Shown: positions 1 through 8,509 of the stretch, one piece after another
How the letters are laid out: every line of letters begins with the position of its first letter
How positions within the stretch are numbered: position 1 is the first letter of the stretch
Source: Candidatus Thorarchaeota archaeon
GTDB lineage: Archaea > Asgardarchaeota > Heimdallarchaeia > Hodarchaeales > Hodarchaeaceae
Direction of reading: 5' to 3'
NCBI GenBank assembly: GCA_048882505.1
Contig: JBHLRO010000004.1
Location: 200,193 to 232,192, forward strand
DNA: 32,000 nucleotides
Notes under the pieces: model-generated
Databases searched by the model: none
The model's input: only the letters and a program-made list of their open reading frames with translations
What the model was told of the DNA's origin: nothing
Translations under genes and position numbers: made by a program

Positions 1-1381
1 TGTTCTCTAACGTATCTGCCCAGAGGAACGGGGTCTGTGGAATGAGTCCGATGTGACTTCTATACGCCCTTAAATCGAATTTTCGGATATCAGTCCTATC
101 GATAGTGATTTCTCCCTCCTGATACTCGTAAAATCTTGCCAAAAGTTTGGCTAGGCTTGATTTTCCAGCCCCCGTGTGACCCACTATAGCAAGCGATTCC
201 CCAGGCCGAATCGTTAGGGAGAATTTATCAAGAACCTTTGTTCTGAGGGTCGATAGTGATCCAATATCTATTTCACGATCCAAAACTTCTCCTCCTTCAA
301 GATACGAAAATCCTAGGTCACTGAATCGAATTTCCCCCGACAATTTTTTTGGCCTAATGTTGTCGATTTGCGAAACCCGTGGAGGAGTGTCAATCAACGC
401 GAAGATCCTTTCTGATGCCGCAAGTCCAGCTTGAAAGTTCGGCCAGAAACTTGCAATTGAGAAAAGAGGGAAGAAAAACAAGGAGAGGCTATTAATGAAC
501 AGGTAGAAATCCCCGGCACTCAACCATCCACTAAGTGTACCCTCGCCCCCCATCCAAACTATAACCGCTATCGCAACTCCTTGAACAAACGATAACGTAG
601 GAAAGAGGAAATTGAAAACGTAAGCCCTTCGTAGATTGGCTCGGTAGGATTGATCATTAATGGCCAGAAATTTTTCATGAAGTTTTCGTTCTTGTCGGAA
701 TGTTTTTGCGATCTGAATTCCGGCCACGGTTTCCTGTACAAACGCATTAACTGTGGCAAGGGCCCTCTGACCTTCAAGGGTTCTCCTTCGCGCCACCTTG
801 CGAAATGACAACGCGACAATGAAGACAAATGGTACCATTCCGATCACAGCAAGAGATAAAGGAAACGAGATGGTAACCATTGCCACCATGACAATCACTA
901 CTACTAAAACCGAAGATAGTACCTGCATGGAGATGCTAGCAGTCTGTCCAAAATCATTGCTATCCGTATTTATACGCGAGACAATCTTTCCTGTTGGGTA
1001 CTTATCAAAAAATGATAGATCATGATTCAAAACAGCTCGATTTACATCCTGTCGCAATGTCAAAACTACATCCCCGATAACTTGTGCTGAATAACGTTGA
1101 CGAAAATAATTGAAAACCCAACCCAAGGCATTTAAAATGAAGGTGACAATAATTAGAATCACCAAATAATCAACGTTTCGGGACGAATCAAGTTGGTTTA
1201 TTGCTTCTCTTGTGACCAACGGGACGGCCGCATTTGCTAGGGATGTACACGTTAAGAAAAAGATCACGATGACCATCATAGCCTTATACGGAGAAAAATA
1301 GTTCAGAATTCGTTTGACCAGATCTCGATCCCTGTATTTCCTGTCATATTCTTCAGATCCCAAACCGAGAGAGAATCCCAT
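1..1381 (-). CDS. ABC exporter subunit (TMD+NBD, type IV), 3'-partial; second half of a heterodimer
   Basis: Not in the ORF track because it runs off the window edge. Manual translation from ATG at 1381 gives MGFSLGLGSEEYDRKYRDRDLVKRILNYFSPY..., hydrophobic helices, DLSFFDKYPTGKIVSRINTD, Walker A GHTGAGKS and Q-loop IPQTPFL, open to base 1. It starts 3 nt after the stop of the upstream ABC gene. Confidence 0.93.
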   Translation of the reverse strand, partial: MGFSLGLGSEEYDRKYRDRDLVKRILNYFSPYKAMMVIVIFFLTCTSLANAAVPLVTREAINQLDSSRNVDYLVILIIVTFILNALGWVFNYFRQRYSAQVIGDVVLTLRQDVNRAVLNHDLSFFDKYPTGKIVSRINTDSNDFGQTASISMQVLSSVLVVVIVMVAMVTISFPLSLAVIGMVPFVFIVALSFRKVARRRTLEGQRALATVNAFVQETVAGIQIAKTFRQERKLHEKFLAINDQSYRANLRRAYVFNFLFPTLSFVQGVAIAVIVWMGGEGTLSGWLSAGDFYLFINSLSLFFFPLFSIASFWPNFQAGLAASERIFALIDTPPRVSQIDNIRPKKLSGEIRFSDLGFSYLEGGEVLDREIDIGSLSTLRTKVLDKFSLTIRPGESLAIVGHTGAGKSSLAKLLARFYEYQEGEITIDRTDIRKFDLRAYRSHIGLIPQTPFLWADTLEN

Positions 1382-1384
1382 AAT

Positions 1385-3271
1385 TTAACCAGCCACCTGT
1401 TGTCGGGTTACCTTTAGTATTTGATCTTCCTTGAGATCAAACCGTTTCACAAATATATTTCTATACTCTTCACTTGTGTGAATTAACTCCTCATGGGATC
1501 CAATGGCAATCACTCGTCCACGTTTCATGACCAGAATTGAGTCTGCCCATCGAATTTGAGACAGTCTATGTGTGATAAGGAACGTAGTTCGTCCCTTAAG
1601 GATGTTGGTTATAGCATGTTGTATCCTGTCTTCTGTTTCTGAGTCGATGGCACTCGTACTGTCATCTAATACCAGGATTTTGGGATCAGCTAAGAACGCA
1701 CGAGCGATTGCGACTCTTTGCCGTTCTCCTCCACTCAGTTGAACTCCTCTTTCCCCGACCTCTGTATCATAACCTTCTGGCAGTTGTGAAATAAAATCAT
1801 GGGCCTGGGCTTCCTGAGCTACGGTCATAACGTCTTCCAGAGAGCTAGTCCTCCCAAACGAAATATTTTCGTGAACAGATGACGAGAAGAGAAAAACATC
1901 TTGTTCAATATAAGAAATCTGGGATCTTAATGATTCCAAATTATAAGCCTTGATGTCGACTCCATCGATTTTAATAGAGCCGTTCTTAACGTCATATAAC
2001 CTACTAATCAATTTCGTTAGAGTTGTTTTTCCTGAACCAGTAGTACCTACAATTGCGATGGTTTGTCCTGGCTTTATTGAGAAATTAATACTCTTAAGAA
2101 CAAGCTGGGACGAACCTGGGTAAGAGAAATCAACATTTTCAAAACTGACCTCACCTTTGATATCTTTTTGTAGGCCTGACGGGTTTTCATCGATATCGGA
2201 TTCCTTGTTCATTACTTCGATTAGGCGTTCAGATCCAGAAATGGCCAGCCTAACTAAAGCAAATACCCAGATGCTGATGAAAGTAGGAAATCTAAGACTC
2301 CAAAGTAACCCCATGTACGCTATTATCTGCCCGACTTCAAATCCGCCCTGAAAATTCAGGATGAGGGCGTGGGCAAGCCCAAATGTGATTGCAATCGCAA
2401 CCAGTAGTAATGGAACGTAACGAGCCATTATGAGGCCTTGTTTTACTGAGGCATCACGATATTTCTTTGCATTATCGTAGTATTTCTTGATTTCAAATTC
2501 TTCTGAGGAGCTTGCTTTTACAACTTCAATTCCGGATAACGTTTCATTCAGGATGGCGTTCATTCTTCCGAATTCCCCCCTCATCTGAGCTGTTACGGGA
2601 TTCAGTTCTCGTGAATAGCCTCTTAATGTGATTATGAAAAGAATAGTATAGATAAGCGGAACGATTAGAAGTTCAGTAGGATAAAATATGAATATGAATA
2701 ACAGGGGAATCACTAGGTTTAAACCCGATTGGAAAATCAAAGACAACGCAGGCGAGACAAGGAAGTTCAACATGCGTACGTCATTGGCAGTTCGAGCCAT
2801 GATATCACCAATCCTTTGTTGATCATGGAACGACTGACTTTTCCCAAGAAGATTCGTATAGAATTCCTCACGTGTTTCACGTTCCATACGTTGTGCCAGC
2901 GTTTCTCTTATCAGGCTAAAAACAAGATTCAAAAGGGGACTGCCAATACTGATAAGGCCTATGATAATAATGTTGGACCATAAACGGTCTGAATATCCAA
3001 GTCGAAACTCGTCAATAGCATTACCGATTATAACCATCAAACTCGAAGATAAAATTGCTGTAAACAGAGTACCAAGAAAAACGATGAGCACTATCAGCTT
3101 ATTACTTCCATGAAGCAAATGAGATAATATCCAAGTACGGGTTCCTCTTTGTCGTGCGTGTGTAAAAGGGTCTCCGGTTGCAAGAGCAAATTCCATTTTC
3201 GGTGATGTACGAACTGTGTCCAAGATCAGCAGGTTCCAATTGGTTATGGATATAGATGTGTTAGTCATCAC
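1385..3271 (-). CDS. ABC exporter subunit (TMD+NBD), degenerate-site half of a heterodimer
   Basis: N-terminal TM helices, Walker A GTTGSGKT, signature LSGGERQR, Walker B VLDD (D in place of the catalytic E), H-loop ITHR. The true start may be the ATG at 3196 (MEFALATG). Confidence 0.93.
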   Translation of the reverse strand: MMTNTSISITNWNLLILDTVRTSPKMEFALATGDPFTHARQRGTRTWILSHLLHGSNKLIVLIVFLGTLFTAILSSSLMVIIGNAIDEFRLGYSDRLWSNIIIIGLISIGSPLLNLVFSLIRETLAQRMERETREEFYTNLLGKSQSFHDQQRIGDIMARTANDVRMLNFLVSPALSLIFQSGLNLVIPLLFIFIFYPTELLIVPLIYTILFIITLRGYSRELNPVTAQMRGEFGRMNAILNETLSGIEVVKASSSEEFEIKKYYDNAKKYRDASVKQGLIMARYVPLLLVAIAITFGLAHALILNFQGGFEVGQIIAYMGLLWSLRFPTFISIWVFALVRLAISGSERLIEVMNKESDIDENPSGLQKDIKGEVSFENVDFSYPGSSQLVLKSINFSIKPGQTIAIVGTTGSGKTTLTKLISRLYDVKNGSIKIDGVDIKAYNLESLRSQISYIEQDVFLFSSSVHENISFGRTSSLEDVMTVAQEAQAHDFISQLPEGYDTEVGERGVQLSGGERQRVAIARAFLADPKILVLDDSTSAIDSETEDRIQHAITNILKGRTTFLITHRLSQIRWADSILVMKRGRVIAIGSHEELIHTSEEYRNIFVKRFDLKEDQILKVTRQQVAG

Positions 3272-3410
3272 TCCAAATTTGATTTATCTATTTGCAGATC
3301 TGATATATGACATTCGGAAATGAGTTCATAAATAATTAATTCATTTCAAGGCCTACACGATTCTTAAATTGGCAAATTCTTCTCATATATGTATGGAGGA
3401 GTAAGTCCTT

Positions 3411-4274
3411 TTGACTAGTATAACTTCGGAATCATTAGATATAGGAAAAAGTTCCATTCTTCGCGTTACAAATTTAAAGAAATCTTATGGAGATATTATG
3501 GCTGTAGATGGACTATCATTCAGTGTGGAACAAGGAGAGATATATGGTTTATTAGGGCCTAATGGAGCGGGGAAAACCACCACCATTAAAGCAATTCTTG
3601 GCCTTCTAGACATCCAGGACGGAAACATCGAGTGTTTAGGATATGATCCGCTAGTTTCACCAGAGAAAGTGAAAGAGGTGTGCGGCTATGTTGCTGAAGA
3701 ACCCCTCTTATACGAAAGTCTCCTTGTTCGGGAGCTTTTCAATTTTATTGCTTCGGTTAGAAAATTAGATCCAGCTCGAGCGGGATACCTTGCGCAAGAA
3801 TACCTTGAATCCTTGGATGCATTGAAATATTATAACAAGGTGATAGGAACTTTGTCTCATGGCAACAAACAAAAGATTCAAATTATCGCTGCGCTCCTTC
3901 ATGAACCCTCACTACTGATTCTAGATGAACCGCTTTCAGGTTTGGACGCTCGCTCCGCGGCGGTGGTAAAAAATATTCTGCAGCTCCATATTCAAACTGG
4001 AGGTGCCATCCTTTTCACCACACACGTTTTGGAACAGGCACAAAACTTGTGTACTCGAATTGGAATCATAAACCACGGTAAACTAGTAGCTGAGGGAAAA
4101 TTCAGTGATCTCCAGCTCCAAGCTGAGTCTGTTGGTGCGGACTTGGAAGAAATATTCCTTAGGTTAACGGAGCAGGACAACACCGTGAACGCAATAATAT
4201 CCAACCTGCAGGAGAAGATATCACAGCTACAGCGATTTGATAATAATCAGGGTCAAACCACGAATGCGAAATAG
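3411..4274 (+). CDS. ABC transporter ATP-binding protein (ABC-2/CcmA-like)
   Basis: GPNGAGKTT, LSHGNKQK, LILDEPLSGLD, TTH; TTG start preceded by GGAGGAG. Confidence 0.93.
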   Translation: MTSITSESLDIGKSSILRVTNLKKSYGDIMAVDGLSFSVEQGEIYGLLGPNGAGKTTTIKAILGLLDIQDGNIECLGYDPLVSPEKVKEVCGYVAEEPLLYESLLVRELFNFIASVRKLDPARAGYLAQEYLESLDALKYYNKVIGTLSHGNKQKIQIIAALLHEPSLLILDEPLSGLDARSAAVVKNILQLHIQTGGAILFTTHVLEQAQNLCTRIGIINHGKLVAEGKFSDLQLQAESVGADLEEIFLRLTEQDNTVNAIISNLQEKISQLQRFDNNQGQTTNAK

Positions 4275-5976
4275 AGAATTATGGTACATTTCGGGCATAA
4301 TCCTTGATGAGACCTACTTCCAGGCCCAGTTGACTGCTGCTGGTGGCCAGCGAGCCCGAATTCTTGAAAGATTCGAAAAAGGCCAGGGATCCATGAAAAG
4401 AGTTGCTTTTCTGAACATGATTATTGTCTCATTTTTTCTACTTAGCCTGACAATAATTCCGATAAGCGCCCTAGGGACTGCTAGCCAGGTGATGGTTGAT
4501 TCGGAGAATATCTATAATGTTGCGTTTATACTTTCGTTTGGAGTGGCATCATATTACGTCTCCTCCTTCATCATTCTGCTTGTGTTCGGATTATTTCAGC
4601 TTATCGAATTAGTTCATGGAGAAAATTTTGCGTTAACCGCAACCCTACCCTTGACTCGATCAGATTTAAGTCGCTTGGGAATATTTGTATATATGCGTTT
4701 GTACTGGGGTCAGTTTATCGTCCTCCTCCTTGCCTTTCCTCTCGCTAGTCTTATGATTACAGGCAGTCAGCTTTTTCCCGTAATCTTATTAGCCAATTCG
4801 ATAAATGTCGTATTCATGTTTTATGGTTTGGTGCTAGTTGCTCATTTTGTGGGAGGTAGAATCTTTAAATCGGAAGTTACGTCCAAAATCCGTACGATTA
4901 CTCGAATTCTCTTTGTTTTGTTCTATATGTTGATTATTTTCAACATTTCTGGTCTTTTTGCAGCGATTCCGACGTTTCTTGTTGATTTATACGGGAGAGA
5001 ACTATTTTTTGATCCTGTACTTGGTGAACTCGTGAATTTAACACTTAGTTTGATTATATTCCCCTTTTCTGGGGGATTTCTTATAACAGTGACATTTTTC
5101 CTATCCATATTCTTCAATTATGGGATAGGTCTCGTTTTATCCACTGTTATCGGATTTTTAGGATTAGTTGCTGCGACTTCTCTTGTAACTCGAAAGGGCA
5201 ACCAGGTTCTTCAAAAACTGGGTCGTTTTGATAATTTACTGGGCTCCCATGGCGAACGTGAGGTCACTAGTATTCAAATAAAGTCCAGTCACCCAGTCGT
5301 GGGTTACATCCGAGTAAGTTTAGTACTTGCAACCCGTAATTATTCTGGTCTTTTTGCGCTTCTATCACCACTTGTGTTTGCTGTATTAATACTCGCAACT
5401 GGGTTTTCTTTTTCTGGTTTCTCTAGAACTTTGGATCCATTTTCTGTGATATTGATATATTCGGGCTTTCTACCCCTGATAATGAGAAACGGTATTTTTG
5501 CTACGGAAGAAAGTTTAGGAGGTCTTCTTTCATCCCTTCCAATTTCGCAACGAGAGATTTTTCGGGCGCGTCAGATTCTGCTATCTATGATATTGAACAC
5601 ATCAATCCCAGTAATCTGGGTTTTTCAGAGTTTGGCAGGGGGGTCCTTATTTCTTTCGAGTGGCTTTTCAGTTATCTTTGTCAATATTATCGCTACAACA
5701 GGATTTTTATTTTGTCATAGTCTGCTCTTTGGTAAAATGAATAAACAGTTCACGGTATTTACAGTTAGTACGAAGCATACAGTACTAAAAAATTTCCTTT
5801 TGGTGATTCTTACGAATGGAATTATTCTTCTTGGACTGTTATGGGCAGGGTTTGTTTCAACGATTTTAAAACGAACTATATCTGGGTTTTCGATGGCAGG
5901 TGCACTATTAGGGTATTTGAGTCTTCTTATTCTTTCTGAATTCATGATAAGGAGAATGTTCCCCTTACCGGATTAG
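4237..5976 (+). CDS. Polytopic membrane protein, probable permease partner of the upstream ABC ATPase
   Basis: Two blocks of several hydrophobic helices separated by a polar linker; overlaps the ATPase stop. A more likely start is the ATG at 4264 (MRNRELW). Confidence 0.8.
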   Translation: MIIIRVKPRMRNRELWYISGIILDETYFQAQLTAAGGQRARILERFEKGQGSMKRVAFLNMIIVSFFLLSLTIIPISALGTASQVMVDSENIYNVAFILSFGVASYYVSSFIILLVFGLFQLIELVHGENFALTATLPLTRSDLSRLGIFVYMRLYWGQFIVLLLAFPLASLMITGSQLFPVILLANSINVVFMFYGLVLVAHFVGGRIFKSEVTSKIRTITRILFVLFYMLIIFNISGLFAAIPTFLVDLYGRELFFDPVLGELVNLTLSLIIFPFSGGFLITVTFFLSIFFNYGIGLVLSTVIGFLGLVAATSLVTRKGNQVLQKLGRFDNLLGSHGEREVTSIQIKSSHPVVGYIRVSLVLATRNYSGLFALLSPLVFAVLILATGFSFSGFSRTLDPFSVILIYSGFLPLIMRNGIFATEESLGGLLSSLPISQREIFRARQILLSMILNTSIPVIWVFQSLAGGSLFLSSGFSVIFVNIIATTGFLFCHSLLFGKMNKQFTVFTVSTKHTVLKNFLLVILTNGIILLGLLWAGFVSTILKRTISGFSMAGALLGYLSLLILSEFMIRRMFPLPD

Positions 5977-6010
5977 TTCTGAACCTTTTAATCAGGTGAA
6001 AGTGTTGAAT

Positions 6011-6059
6011 TTATCCCTAGGAACTCCATAGTGGGGATAAGGAAAAAGGGGGTACCCCC
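6011..6059. terminator. Inverted repeats between convergent genes (possible bidirectional terminator)
   Basis: TTATCCC (6011-6017) pairs with GGGATAA (6034-6040); perfect 12-bp palindrome GGGGGTACCCCC at 6048-6059; both lie between the stops at 5976 (+) and 6093 (-). Confidence 0.35.
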
Positions 6060-6092
6060 CTGTAACGAGGCCTTTCAGGATGTCATTCAGAT

Positions 6093-6827
6093 TTAGATAT
6101 CATTCGCCTGTATTGTTCGGGGGTTATAGCGCGGTTTGATTATGATTTCGGCCGTGTTAACTGTATTTGACTCAGAAGCCAAAAAAAAACAAGCATTTGC
6201 CACGTCTTCAGCTTCCATAGCCCATTCTACCTCTTCTTTTACACTTCCTCCGAATCTTGTAACCACACTACCCGGACAAACCACGGATACCGCAATCTTG
6301 TGTTCTTTAAGATCCTCTCTAAGTGACCAAGTGAATCCAACAACTGCATGTTTACTAGCTGAGTATAGGGTTCCTGATTTAAAACCGTTCTTCCCAGCCA
6401 CGCTTGCAATATTGATAATCTGCCCTGATTCTTTTGAAATCATGTGAGGAACTACATATTTGGTCACTAGAAAAACTCCTTTGACATTAACATCAAAAAT
6501 CCAATTATAATCATCTAGCGTGAAATGGTCAGCTCGTTTGAATCTCCCGACGCCTGCATTATTCACTAGAATATCAATATCTCCGAATCGTTCCATGGTG
6601 GAACTTACCAAAGTTTTGACTTGCTTTTCGTCGGTTACATCTGTTTGGACGACAAATGCCTCGCCTGATCCATTTTGATCGATTTTGGCTTTTACTTGGT
6701 TTAGTAAAGTGACATCACGAGCAGCTAATACAACTTTCATCCCATTTGCCGCGTATTTCAATGCGATCGCCTTACCTATGCCTTTTGATGCGCCAGTAAT
6801 AATAGCGACTTTTCCTGTTGTGCTCAT
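6093..6827 (-). CDS. Short-chain dehydrogenase/reductase (classical SDR)
   Basis: TGASKGIG, NNAG, S...YSASK catalytic motif, VCPGSV. Confidence 0.95.
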   Translation of the reverse strand: MSTTGKVAIITGASKGIGKAIALKYAANGMKVVLAARDVTLLNQVKAKIDQNGSGEAFVVQTDVTDEKQVKTLVSSTMERFGDIDILVNNAGVGRFKRADHFTLDDYNWIFDVNVKGVFLVTKYVVPHMISKESGQIINIASVAGKNGFKSGTLYSASKHAVVGFTWSLREDLKEHKIAVSVVCPGSVVTRFGGSVKEEVEWAMEAEDVANACFFLASESNTVNTAEIIIKPRYNPRTIQANDI

Positions 6828-7076
6828 AAAACATCTCTTCTGGATATTTTCATATATCGCGGGCGGAATGAATTAGTTCAAAAAATTCGTTATGTGATAT
6901 GAGGGATAGCTTCGATTTTACCTCCATAAGTATGGAAAAAGTAGTTCTATGATAGTAATGATCCCTAGTAAAACTTCACTATTCAGGTACTTCGATCAAG
7001 ACCAGAGAATGTGTGGTGCGGAAGGGTATTTTAAGATAATGGAATAGAAGCCCTATCGGGATCTATTCCTCTTCTA

Positions 7077-7259
7077 ATGGATGGATGCGAAGAAATGGTT
7101 ATAACAATATGTGGTTCAGAGGTAGAGAGGGACGGCCTTGATTCGAACACAGTAACCTGGACATATGAAGGAAAAGAATACGTTTTTTGTGAGTCTGATT
7201 GCTTAAGGGAGTTTTTGGATGCGAAGGACAAAACAATGTGGCTGGAAGCACACAAATAG
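7077..7259 (+). CDS. YHS/TRASH-domain small metal-binding protein
   Basis: ICGSEV...YEGKEYVFCESDCLREF matches the YHS pattern (C...Y.GK.Y.FC...C..F). The start may be the ATG at 7095. Confidence 0.75.
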   Translation: MDGCEEMVITICGSEVERDGLDSNTVTWTYEGKEYVFCESDCLREFLDAKDKTMWLEAHK

Positions 7260-7288
7260 TATGTTCTGAAAAAATAAGGCATAACGAC

Positions 7289-7540
7289 CTAAGCCGTTGA
7301 ACCAAGACGTTTTCCATTACGAATGTATTGATAATTTGGGAGAGCGTTTTGAACAGATGTATTCCTACCGCAAGAGTTACAGTGGAAAAAAATGATTTGT
7401 TTTTCCTGATATCCTTGTATAGAAATGCCATGACGATTATCATCGCTCCATATAGAACCTTTCTTTAACTCCTGGCCACACCACCAGCAGCGTCCGCCGT
7501 GTTTGATGGCTAAATTTTCTATTTTTCCTAATTTTTGCAA
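7289..7540 (-). CDS. Small Zn-ribbon protein, hypothetical
   Basis: Two CxxC pairs (CWWCG; HCNSCG); TTG start; converges on the YHS gene. Confidence 0.6.
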   Translation of the reverse strand: MQKLGKIENLAIKHGGRCWWCGQELKKGSIWSDDNRHGISIQGYQEKQIIFFHCNSCGRNTSVQNALPNYQYIRNGKRLGSTA

Positions 7541-7780
7541 TTTAAATTCACCACATTAATACGATAGATCTGTGTATTTCGGAGAGAGCCACTACCTTAA
7601 TACTAGGCTTACAATCGATTGTAGAACCCCTGTTTCTAGAAAAATGTAATAATTCAGCTGCGTTGAATCCCTAGGTGTGGGCATCCATGTGCTATTAATC
7701 GGGAGAATGTGTTTTTTTCCCCAGATGGGGTTTCTGAGTAATTCATCTTTTTGAAACATTGTATAATAGGGCATACGGAA

Positions 7781-7823
7781 CAATCTAATGGGCATTAGGT
7801 TGCCATTATGCTTTGATAATGGC
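7781..7823 (-). terminator. Tandem hairpins downstream of the ICMT-family gene
   Basis: GCCATTAT-gctttg-ATAATGGC (7802-7823) and CAATCTAATG-gg-CATTAGGTTG (7781-7802, 9 of 10 pairs), 27 nt past the stop at 7850. Confidence 0.35.
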
Positions 7824-7849
7824 GGAATATTCATTCATAATAATTATTG

Positions 7850-8509
7850 TTAGTAAAGAAAAGGAACCAGTCTTGCGGTTCTCTTCTTGTATTCTAAAAA
7901 GTCATCCCCAAACTTTTCACTCAATAGATTTTCTTCAATGTCCATCCTCTTTCTGAATACAAGAAAAAATGCAATTGAAATTAATATCATCATAACTATA
8001 CTCCCCATGGCGAAGCTGTACCCAGAAAATATGAGTAAAAATCCAAAGTAGATAGGATGACGAATATATTTGTACATACCATCGGTTATCAACCTATGAT
8101 CATCTTCGATAACTATTTTGGTTCCCCCTAATCCCCCAAGTTGGATTCTACTTATTATTAAGATGATTCCGCCTGTAATCAACAAACTAACTCCGATAAG
8201 TATGTGGAAATTAAATAAATCGTATAAAATAGGCTCCAGTGGCGAAAATTTAGATTCTAAATGAGGCAACAATAAAATGAGAGGGAATGCTAAAAACGAA
8301 AAGATTACAATTGTGCGATTGAACTGATCTTTTTTGGTGGATAATGGTCGGATCACGATATCAATGCTGACAAACGCATCTATAAGGATGATTGGAACTA
8401 GAGTCGTCATCTCTAGAAAAACTTCTCTTTCAAGTGTGAGAAATCCCAGATTCATAAACACAATTAAGAATGGGAGACCTAGAAGTTTTTTCAATACGAT
8501 TCTCATCAT
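7850..8509 (-). CDS. Isoprenylcysteine carboxyl methyltransferase (ICMT/Ste14/PEMT) family membrane protein
   Basis: Several TM helices, LITDGMYKYIRHPIYFG, EENLLSEKFGDDFLEYKKRTARLVPFLY. Confidence 0.9.
   Translation of the reverse strand: MMRIVLKKLLGLPFLIVFMNLGFLTLEREVFLEMTTLVPIILIDAFVSIDIVIRPLSTKKDQFNRTIVIFSFLAFPLILLLPHLESKFSPLEPILYDLFNFHILIGVSLLITGGIILIISRIQLGGLGGTKIVIEDDHRLITDGMYKYIRHPIYFGFLLIFSGYSFAMGSIVMMILISIAFFLVFRKRMDIEENLLSEKFGDDFLEYKKRTARLVPFLY

Noticed and set aside
568-1025. Track ORFs 568-828 and 798-1025
   Set aside because: Both overlap the real partial ABC exporter gene (1-1381, minus strand) that the track missed.
7592-7834. 80-aa minus-strand ORF between the ICMT-family and Zn-ribbon genes
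   Set aside because: It has no recognisable motif and runs through several hairpins; it cannot be supported, though it is not strictly excluded.
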